A DNA stretch of 64,000 nt from Macrostomum lignano (Eukaryota). A program made the position numbers and the translations under genes. The notes below the pieces were generated by a model. The model was not told the DNA's origin. It worked only from the letters and a program-made list of their open reading frames with translations, and searched no databases. Where the stretch lies: the NCBI GenBank assembly GCA_002269645.1, contig NIVC01000296.1, positions 186,001-250,000 on the forward strand, read 5' to 3'. Below, piece by piece: positions 49,662-59,707 of this stretch; within the stretch, counting starts at the first letter, position 1; the number at the start of each line of letters is the position of its first letter.

Positions 49662-51487
49662 GGGTCTACGACAATTGACTGCCACAATTTGACTGCCGAG
49701 CAATTTGACTGCCGACAAAATGACTGCCGACAATTTGACTGCCGACAATATGACTGCGGCAATTTGACTGCCGACAATATGACTGCGGCAATTTGACTGC
49801 CGACAATATGACTGCGGCAATTTGACTGCCGACAATATGACTGCGGCAATTTGACTGCCGACAATATGACTGCGGCAATTTGACTGCCGACAATATGACT
49901 GCGGCAATTTGACTGCCGACAATATGACTGCGGCAATTTGACTGCCGACAATATGACTGCGGCAATTTGACTGCCGACAATATGACTGCGGCAATTTGAC
50001 TGCCGACAATATGACTGCGGCAATTTGACTGCCGAGCAATTGACTGCCAGCGAAATGACTGCCGGAAAAATGATGCTCCTAAAGTTTAGCACTCTGTCAA
50101 CCCTTTTAAGTCTATGCATGTAGTGAAATATTGTATTTACGAGCTAGAATGATGCAGAACAGAACACATAACCTTTATACAACAAGCTGTAACAGCTGTT
50201 GAAACCCGCGGATTTTGAACAGTGGGAAATGGGAATTCCAATCTTAGGAACTATTTTGCATATATTCTAAAATCTGAAGTTAAACTCAAGCAAAAACTTT
50301 TATTATTAGAGTTAAACATAACATAGATTACATTCGTGTAAAATTAGGATTGGAGGCAAACTATTGATATTGTTGGCTGGGTGCCGCGCAGAATGTCAGA
50401 AAAACTCTGGCCTCTACTTCTGCCTCTCGATCCCTATGTTCCTTGCATCCTTTGAACCTTCTATCTTCTCTTCTGTTTTCTCACTTCTCTCTCGTCTCTG
50501 CTCTCTCATCTCCCCTCTCTCATCTGTCATCTTTACTCTCTTATACTGGTATGTTCTCTCACCTCTCTCCTCTGTACTCTTCTCTTTCCCCTCTTTTGAC
50601 TCCTCTCTTTCCTTTCTCCTTTCTTGCCTTTTCTTTTCTTCTCTTCTTTCTTCTATAGTCTCTCCCTCTCTTGTCTTTTCTCTTCTCTCTCTGCGCTCTC
50701 CTCTCTCCTCTCATATATCGTGTTCACTCTCTGACTCTCATCTTTGCTCTCTCATCCCCCTCTCATCTTTACTCTTCACTCCTGTGTACCTGTCACTTCA
50801 CTCTTTCCCCTCTTCTGACTCCTCTCTTTCCTTAGTCCTCTTCTTTTCCCTCTTCTATACTCTCTCCCCTTTATTCACTTCTCTCGTCTCTCTGCACTCT
50901 GCTCTCTCCGCCTTCATCTCTCATCTCTCATCTCTCCTTTCATCTCTCTCATCTCTACAATCTCTCCTTTCCCCTGTCTTCTTTTTCAACTTCTCTCTTA
51001 TCTCTCTCCTCTTTTGCATAACGAGAATGCGCCTAGCAAGCTTTGCCGCTGTCATTTTGTCGGCAGTCAAATTGCTCGGCAGTCAAATTGCCGCAGTCAT
51101 TTTGTCGGCAGTCATTTTGTTGGCAGTCATTTTGTCGGCAGTCATTTTGTTGGCAGTCATTTTGACGGCAGTCAAATTGTCGGCAGTCATTTTGTCGGCA
51201 GTCATTTTGTCCGCAGTCATTTTGTCCGCAGTCATTTTGTCCGCAGTCATTTTGTCCGCAGTCATTTTGTTCGCAGTCATTTTGTCGGCAGTCATTTTGT
51301 CCGCAGTCATTTTGTCCGCAGTCATTTTGTCCGCAGTCATTTTGTTCGCAGTCATTTTGTCGGCAGTCATTTTGTCCGCAGTCATTTTGTCCGCAGTCAT
51401 TTTGTCCGCAGTCATTTTGTCCGCAGTCATTTTGTTCGCAGTCATTTTGTCGGCAGTCAAATTGTGGCAGTCAATTGTCGTGCATCC
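49662..51487. mobile_element. Foldback/Mutator-like non-autonomous element with tandem-repeat TIR arms, 9-bp TSD
   Basis: Left end GGGTCTACGACAATTGACTGCCACAATTTG, right end (revcomp) GGATGCACGACAATTGACTGCCACAATTTG. Arms are built of ~14-15-bp GACTGC.GACAA units. TSD CGAGGAAAC / CGAGGGAAC (8 of 9). Confidence 0.85.
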
Positions 51488-51513
51488 CGAGGGAACTGAT
51501 AGGATCTCTTGGT

Positions 51514-51644
51514 CACGTGAGTTTGGGTGGCAACAAGCTCAGCCAATCAGAAAATTCGACGTGCGGTATAACAAATCGGCTCAGCCAATCAGAATCGAGG
51601 TGTTCCATAATAACAAATTGCGGTCCAGTTGGCGGCTATAAAAA
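51514..51644 (+). promoter_or_regulatory. Pol II promoter-like module: E-box, two AGCCAATCAG boxes, TATA box
   Basis: CACGTG 51514, CCAAT 51543 and 51585, TATAAAAA 51637-51644 in canonical order and spacing. Confidence 0.55.
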
Positions 51645-52382
51645 CCGGCGTTTTTTGGCCCGCTCGGACTTCAATTTGGCCGGTCACCTGTCACCTGACA
51701 CCCGGCTGCTACACGCGACCGTCGTCTCTTAATCCCCGGATCGCGACTCCCCCCATCATCATCAAGGACGAATCCCCCCGGTCGTCAGCAGCGAATATCA
51801 AGGTTAAAGATCATCACCTGCTAGCTATCTGCCAAGAGTGTGACGGCATCATCCCGAGTCTACAGCTGCGAAGCACTAAGCCGATTCGGTCACTGTGGAT
51901 TACCTGGTCTCCGGCTGTTGAGTTTTTGATTGGTTGGGTGAGAGGCTGCCTAGACTTGCTTGATTGGGTGATCCCTTATCTGTCCCCTATTTCAGTAGCT
52001 GAATTAGGCGCACACTTTTGCTCAATTCGTTCAACAGTGCTGTTATCGAGGCAGAAATGACTTAATAATACTGTTAGTAGTCTAAAACTCCAATTCAATC
52101 TGAGGTGTGACCTGATTTAAGAAGAAGGTTAAATCTGACAGTTATTTTTATCGGTTTTATTTCTTCGCTCGCCGATGGCTCAGATGAGAAGAGAAGCTAG
52201 TAGGCGCCGGTCACAGTGGACCAATGGCAAGATGGTTCTCAGTCGATCAATCTATCAAATCAGTGAGCAAAATTGCCAATAGTGCAAAATCGGCGCTAGA
52301 GATGTACTCTGTGCACTCTAGGTCCGCCAAGCGGCTCGGGTAATGAATCATGCGGTCTCTGATGTTCGAGTTAGCCTATCAT

Positions 52383-53299
52383 CTGGGGCCCGTGCTATAG
52401 AATACTCTTAACTCCTAAATCCTTAAGAGTGTCCTAACTCCTAGCTCCTAGCTGGCTTTTCTGTGCTATAGAATCAAGAGTAAATTTTAAGAGCTAGGAG
52501 GCTCCTTAAGGACGTTAGGATACTCCTTGGTGAATTTAGGAGACCTCATTAAGGTTTGTCGCGTGCTATAGAATAAGGAGCGGAGCGTAGGAGCTAGGAG
52601 CTAGGAATTGCCGTTTAGGAGTGAGTTTTAGGAGTGCGTGTCCTATAGAAGGAGCGAAACTCATTTCTAGCTCCTAACTCCTAGTTAAGACTTCAAGGGC
52701 CAAATTTCACTCTTAGGTTATAGTAGGATCGTGTGATTCGTTTCTTTTTTCATGTTTTCGGACAGTGAGCTAGGCTCGGACGATGAGGGAGCTAATGATC
52801 GACGACCCAGACAATTTAAGCAGAGGATTAACTTTTTTGAAGAATATAATACTGTGTCACGATTTCGGCTCAATGAGAATCAACTCTTGGCGACATTCAA
52901 GGATGACCTCTCTCCACATTTCAGTCTTGAGTGCTTTTGTTATTGTTGGCGAAAAGGCACCGAAAAGTACGTCCTTTCGAGCCGCAATCGCTTTAACAAA
53001 CGCAACTTTTTGGTTTGCTTGCATTGTTTGAATTCACGAATTGCTCCTATAATTACTCCTTAAGGTGCGTACATTTAGGAGTTTAATATAGCACGCAGAT
53101 TGGCAGACTCCTTAGCCAATTGCCTTACACTCCTTAGACTCCTCCTCACTCCTATGCTGCACTCCTTAAAACAACTCCTAGCTCCTAACTCTTGATTCTT
53201 GAACTCTATAGCACACAAAATCGATTCGCTCCTTGCTAGGAGCACTCCTGACTCCTAACTCCTTACTCTTTGCTCTTAAATCTATAGCATGGGCCCCAG
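52383..53299 (+). mobile_element. Internally deleted PIF/Harbinger-like DNA transposon with transposase 5' remnant
   Basis: TIR CTGGGGCCC[G/A]TGCTATAGA at both ends; subterminal ACTCCT/AGGAG repeats; 52752 ORF MFSDSELGSDDE...RRPRQFKQRINFFEEYNTVSRFRL resembles Harbinger transposase N-termini. No identical TSD seen. Confidence 0.7.
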
Positions 53300-54115
53300 C
53301 GCTAGGAGAGGCTGGTTGGCGCGTTGAAGGCCAAAAGTACATTTCTCGTATTTAGCAATGTAATAGTACATGTAGCCACCCCATAGTCTCGCCACTGCAA
53401 GAATCCCCTCTGTACCTGCATGGCCAATGCGATCTAGTCCCAGCAGTGTCCCTTAACATCGGCTATGACTTCGAGATTGACAGCAAAAAGACACTAGTTG
53501 GCAGGTAAGTGCTAAGCCCCCTCTAGTCGGAAGCCCGATTTCGAAAGTTCCGGTTTGGTGAGCCAGGACGCACGGGCTGGTGGAAGCGGGTTAGTTAATC
53601 TGCAGATTGGCTAATCTCTACCTTCAAAACTCTCCCTGCTTGTCTCTCGCTGTCCCTCTCTTAGCTATAGGACCTAGGCTGCTCGCCACAAGATCAAGCT
53701 ACCATGGGGCTGACCATCTGACAGGAGTGGGGGGGGGGCAGGACTCTAATTGATTTATTTCTGAGACCTGAGGCCCGAAGGCTTCCCGAAAGGGGCCGAA
53801 AAGGCCGAAACCCATCACATGCATCAAGGACCACATTCGGCTTTCCTTTCAATATATGGTAAATTTTATAATCTATTTTGATCGAGTGATTCATACATCA
53901 TAATTAATATTAGTTTAAATAAATCCTTTTCTCTTTAACCTTTCTCTTGGACATAAATGTAAATTCTTGCCAACTATGCATTATCTTCTTTAAGATTTCT
54001 ATGGTTTTGACGTCCGCAAGTTATAATGTACGAGTGTCTCCTCCCGATGTACTTTTATGCGAAAGTTGCTTATTTCTAGGCAACAAAGCAGACCTGACGT
54101 AAAAAAATTGCGAAA

Positions 54116-54637
54116 ATGAATCCAGCCGCAATGAAGCGAACAGTTAAAAAATTGAGGCCCGAGGCGGCCTTGCTGCCAACCAACGCATCGGATCATCAAC
54201 GCCCCAGCTCAAAACACGCGCGATCCAAATCCTCAGGGGAAGTGATCACTTCCGTTCGCATCAATAGCAGCCAACTGAGGTTCGGGAGGCAATGGCGCCG
54301 GCCCAAAGTGCTGTCTGCCGAGCTGGAATACGCCAGCGAGTTCAGCAGCCAGTTCGAAGCCAATCAAAGCAACGATGAAAAATTACCAGAAGGCGACGCG
54401 CCATTGTCGAGCAATAACAAGGTGCCCTTTATATTTGGCTACCCGGGCTTCCGTCCGACAGGAACGCGGCTAATTGAAAGCGTGCATCGGAAAGTACCCG
54501 TGGACCTCCCGGTGCACTATTGGTTCTACTTGTTCGCCTACAGCAGCGACGTTGAAGCCATTCTGAAGCCTTTTCGGGAGTCCGATAAGAAGACTCAAAT
54601 GGACAAGCGGCTGCTCTGCCTGATGAGGCGGAATGGG
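54116..54637 (+). CDS. Uncharacterised protein, probable main exon
   Basis: 174 open codons of normal complexity ending AAT GGG|gtaagg (phase 0); no family recognised. Confidence 0.5.
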
Positions 54638-55180
54638 GTAAGGTTTGAAATGTTATTGATATTTCATTGGGTGACATCGTTCTATGCGCAGCGATGAGAC
54701 AATTCTACCAATTCCGCTGGCTCCTGAGCAACATGCAAGCGCGCCAATACTGTACGCAGGCACGCACTCGTACACACGCTCATACGGAGTGTACAGAGGC
54801 TCTTTGACTTTCTAATCGTCAGGCATGTACACTCTCTGAGCCTTTTTGGTTGGACCTCACGGGTGTAAATTGCATCACAACCCGCCGGCTAATTTTCGTG
54901 CACACAAGCCCCAAATGAATGTGGCAGCGCACGGAATCGAACCATGTAGGGGGTCGTACAAGCAACACAAATCCGACGCATTTCCCGCGGAGCCACAATC
55001 TGCACTCATCTCGAACTTTTGATTAACTGGTAACTGTTAGTCGGCTAATTTGGAGAGTGTTTATTGAGGCAGAAGAACGGGAAGACTTCAGTCATATGTG
55101 GGATGTTTTCAAATGCATATCTTCGACTTCAAGCTAAAAGTCTTACAATTATTTGTATTTTCACATATTAAATCATCAAG

Positions 55181-55417
55181 GTGCAGCTCTTCCTGAAAGA
55201 TCTGGAGCTGTACAAGTCACTGCCGCGTCGCGTGATTGTAATCAAAGCTCCGGATTGGGATCACATTCTGTCTACACTGGCCGATCTGGAGGTAACTCTG
55301 CCGGGCATGATGAGGTTTGCCAGCTACCCACTGCTGCTGGACACGGATACAACCAGATTCCCCTGCACTTCGAACCTCACCACCGTCTTCACCAGGGCAG
55401 TGTCGCATGCGTTTTGA
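55181..55417 (+). CDS. Uncharacterised protein, probable last exon
   Basis: catcaag|GTG phase 0, in frame with the previous exon; VQLFLKDLELYKSLPRRVIVIKAPDWDH...SHAF*. Confidence 0.5.
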   Translation: MQLFLKDLELYKSLPRRVIVIKAPDWDHILSTLADLEVTLPGMMRFASYPLLLDTDTTRFPCTSNLTTVFTRAVSHAF

Positions 55418-55577
55418 ACTGCTTTTGAGGCAGAATCAACTTTGTCAGGTACAGGTAGGTTAGTCAAACAATTGAAACAATTAGTCAATTGTTTGAAATT
55501 GATTTTTTCGGCTGGTTCCGAAAATTTATTAATTAAAATTTAAAGCTCTCATATGTAGATTGCTGGGGATGCCCTTA

Positions 55578-55905
55578 CCTCACAGGTATTATCCTTGGCT
55601 CATAGATATTATCCTGAGCTCACAGATATTATCCATGGCTCACAGGTAGTATCCTTGGCTCACAGGTATTATCTTGGGCTCACAGGTATTATCCTTGGCT
55701 CACAGGTATTATCCTTGGCTCCCAGGTATTATCCATGGCTCACAGGTATTATCATTGGCTCACAGGTATTATCCTTGGCTCACAGGTATTGTCCTTAGCT
55801 CACAGGTATTATCTTGGGCTCACAGGTATTATCCATGGCTGGCAGGTATTGTCCTTGGCTCACAGGTATTATCCTTGGCTCACAGGTATTATCTCTGACT
55901 CACAG
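55578..55905. repeat. 20-bp minisatellite (CTCACAGGTATTATCCTTGG)n
   Basis: About 16 units. Confidence 0.94.
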
Positions 55906-56962
55906 GCCCTCAGGCGATGCCCTCGGCTCCATGGTGCTGGCTGGGTCTCATGCACTTCTTGTTTGAGGTTCATTGTCTTAAATTTGTTGGACGTCTCGCC
56001 GGCAGTACATGTTTTCTCTCACGTGTTTTAATAAGCGTGTAAGAAGTTATAGAAACTACAAAACAACATTTATGTTCATTTTCAGTATCAAAAACGGATG
56101 CCAATAACATCAAAACAAGGAATCCTGCAGCAAATTCGGCACAGATTCTTCAAGCTGCACAATGAAAATATCATTAGTTCAATAATATCAGTTCGTTACT
56201 TTCTATTTCCGCAATTTTCGTATGACTTAATCCCACAGTTTCCATCTGATGAAACAGACTATATAATTTGACGTCATTTTCTAATATCATTGACCATTTT
56301 ATTATTGCTTTTCGGTGTGTGCATTTTCGGACGACTTTGCTGCCTTTATTGCCTTCTCAACCTGTCAGCTGTTTCCAAGAAGCATCAAAATACACCGCAT
56401 TAATCTCTTTGTTTGTATGAAGTTCAAATTTGCTATAATTTGTTTATCAGTTTACTTATTTCAGTAATGTTTAATTTGATTCATAAAGATCTGACAAATG
56501 CGTCCTTATGGTAACCCTGTGAAGAATTCTGCCAAATTTTGATGGCTTGAGCTTGGAATTATGATTTCAATTAGCTCACGCCTTTCTGGGTTCCAACAAA
56601 TGCATTTTTCTTTGGTGCGGGTTACATATTTAATAGTTTAATTCATTATATTTGACTTACTGTAACATTGACGCTTTGAGTAAACTTTTGATAGCTCGGG
56701 TTTTACGAGTTAACTCCAACTACATGTAGTTATTAAAGTACCTAACTGACACAAAAATATTTCGATTTACACTCAGCAACGCATTAAATTTTCCAACCCG
56801 AAAAGCAGTGCGGTAAACTTTTTTCAGATGTCAGCCTCAAATGATGCAACTCACGCCAACTTCGGGTGATGCAACTTGCGTCACAAGGACCGAGCTTAGG
56901 CTGATGAGGAGAGGGTGGGAAGTTATGGCTATAATTGGATTAAAGCTGCCACTCCGAGTTCT

Positions 56963-57643
56963 GGGTCACCATCGCAAGCTCGAAAAGTCACATCGTCGAA
57001 AAGTTTAGCAACCACCATCGCAAGCTCGAAAAGTCACATCGTCGAAAAGTTTAGCAATCACCATCGCAAGCTGGAAAAGTCACATCGTCGAAAAGTTTAG
57101 CAACCACCATCGCAAGCTCGAAAAGTCACATCGTCGAAAAGTTTAGCAATCACCATCGCAAGCTGGAAAAGTCACATCGTCGAAAAGTTTAGCAACCACC
57201 ATCGCAAGCTCGAAAAGTCACATCGTCGAAAAGTTTAGCAATCACCATCGCAAGCTGGAAAAGTCACATCGTCGAAAAGTTTAGCAACCACCATCGCAAG
57301 CTCGAAAAGTCACATCGTCGAAAAGTTTAGCAATCACCATCGCAAGCTGGAAAAGTCACATCGTCGAAAAGTTTAGCAATCACCATCGCAAGCTGGAAAA
57401 GTCACATCGTCGAAAAGTTTAGCAATCACCATCGCAAGCTGGAAAAGTCACATCGTCGAAAAGTTTAGCAACCACCATCGCAAACTCGAAAGGCACAAGT
57501 TCTAACCCTAATCCTTTTCGAGCTTGTGATAGTGGTTGCTAAATCATTTTTCGAGCTTGTGATTTTTCGAACTTGTGACTTTTCGAGCTTGTGATGGTGG
57601 TTACTTTTCGATGATGTGATTTTTAGAGCTTGTGATGTGACTC
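56963..57643. mobile_element. Foldback/Mutator-like non-autonomous element, asymmetric repeat arms, perfect 9-bp TSD CCGAGTTCT
   Basis: CCGAGTTCT|GGGTCACC...GTGACTC|CCGAGTTCT; left arm ~11 x 45-46-bp units; right arm holds inverted GAGCTTGTGA/TTTTCGA modules. Confidence 0.88.
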
Positions 57644-59707
57644 CCGAGTTCTCAGTCTTCCTGAACTGGAAACTTTATCATGTTGTTGAATATAGTTAAA
57701 GGCTCAATTTTTTATAAACTTTCGAGGCCTTTAATTGCACTTTCCCGACCTGCACTTCTGAATATCAATTTGAAGAAAGAATGGCTTCTCCAATGAGATC
57801 TAACGGGTTTACAGAGTTGTATTTTAGAAAAATGCCATCTAACAGTTTGGACGGTACTACTCGTAAATATTAATAAATTAATATTAGAAATTGCTTTAAT
57901 TTTACTACAAATAATCCTATTCACTGCATCACGAGTTGCAAATTACAAAGTCTTTGATCGTAAGCTTGAATTAGGCATTTATCTAGCAAAATCTTGCCGA
58001 TTCAAGCCAGTTGCTTTTAGAAGCAACTCCCTTATCTGTTGTTTGATATTTCTGGATTGTTAATAATTCCAAACAGTTTTAAGATCCTATTTTGCCTGCA
58101 CCGTTGGACTCGGAGTCAGGTAGGGCGCACGCCCGGCCCCTATCTCTCTCTTTCTCCCTCTATCTCTCTCTCAGTCATAGGTTTCGAGTCCCATAAGCAA
58201 CACAGAAGATATCCTGCGCATTAGTTTCGGCGCAGCCGTTGCTTTCACACAAGTCACCCACAGAGAGTAACTGAGCTTCAATGTATTGCTTGGATGGGCC
58301 AAAGGGGATATTTGGGACAGCAGTAACCAGCGCTGGTCTCGCTGAGATTACTTTAGTAGGCAATAGAATTCTCTTATCTAGCTATCTATCTGGCGCAACA
58401 CCCCACTCGCACGCGCTGTCCCATTGATGCCGGCGCCCCCCTGCCCCCACCCCCTACCCCCAGAAAAAGGATTTAATGCCAACTCGCGCCAGGCCAGACC
58501 AGTCGCTGCAACTCTTCATTCCAACTACATTTGCCTGTTGTTTTCCAATATTCAACTTTTGTTCATAGGTAAGTTTGCTCGTTTCTTTTTGAAAAAGAGA
58601 GCAGAACACCTTGAAGACGACGCGCGAGTTGTACGGAAAAGCAGGTCAATTTATTAATTAGTTGCTCCCGTACTGAGCCCAACTGTTTGTTCGTTCGGCT
58701 CGCGTCCGTCTGTAAGGTTATGCGCAAGTATGCACTGTGATTCACCGAGATGTACCATCGAACAAATAAGAATTTGCATGGCACCAGGGCTGTAGACACC
58801 GTTCCATAAATAGCAGTGCTGGGTATTGCAAAACCTCTTTCCTCTCTGTCAAACCTTCCTAAGTAACGATTTTCTTCAAATCACGAATTATAAATTCAAT
58901 CACTGTCAAATATTTACGTATTGTTGGTGCTTATTTATATCGACCAGGTGACGCCGTTGCGTCAATAAAATTATACACCTATCGTGAATGCTTCCATAGT
59001 TTTTTTATAAAGGACTTCCGTGTCAGTACACGTGTACTGCACTATAAACAAGCATGTATTTAGCATTGTGTCCTGCTGATAATTATACAGTAATAGCATA
59101 AAATACGTAATACTTGGATATTGATCATTGGCGTGTGGCAGTCGTCACGCATGCAATTCATTATTAAATAAATAATCTGTACATTGAATGACAGTGACTG
59201 AACTATTAATAGTTTGACTGACATGAGAAAAACTGTTTAAAACTGAATTATGAATTATGATTGACGTAACAAGTACACAGGGATGCACGGAGCCGCTCAA
59301 TAAATGAGAATGAAAACCCAAGCCTTTTTCTCAAGGAACCACTGTTAGGGTGGAAGGACGCAGTGGAAGGCCCTTAAATTCAAAATGGTAGCAGTGTTCC
59401 CGATGTACACTTCTGTATGTGCTCAGGACTCAGCGAAGTGGGCAGAATGGCCTCAGCGCTGGCTGTGGGATTGTGCAACGATGCGGGCGCCCGCAGCCCT
59501 CCTGCGATTATTATTATTGAAAGGCGTCGTCCAGCGAATACTACCAGTGGTCCTTGAGCGTATGTTTAATATACATAAGTGGGCAAAGTGGACAATGAGC
59601 AACGCTTGCATGGAAACTGAGATTAGCACAGAATTCTGGCACCAACTCGTAGGAATAGTAGAGCACAATGCGTCACAATCAATCACTGATGCAGCTGATC
59701 AGCTTCT

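Noticed and set aside
50364-51641. 425-aa Ser/Leu-rich ORF
   Set aside because: Spans CT-rich cargo and the repeat arm of the foldback element; compositional artefact.
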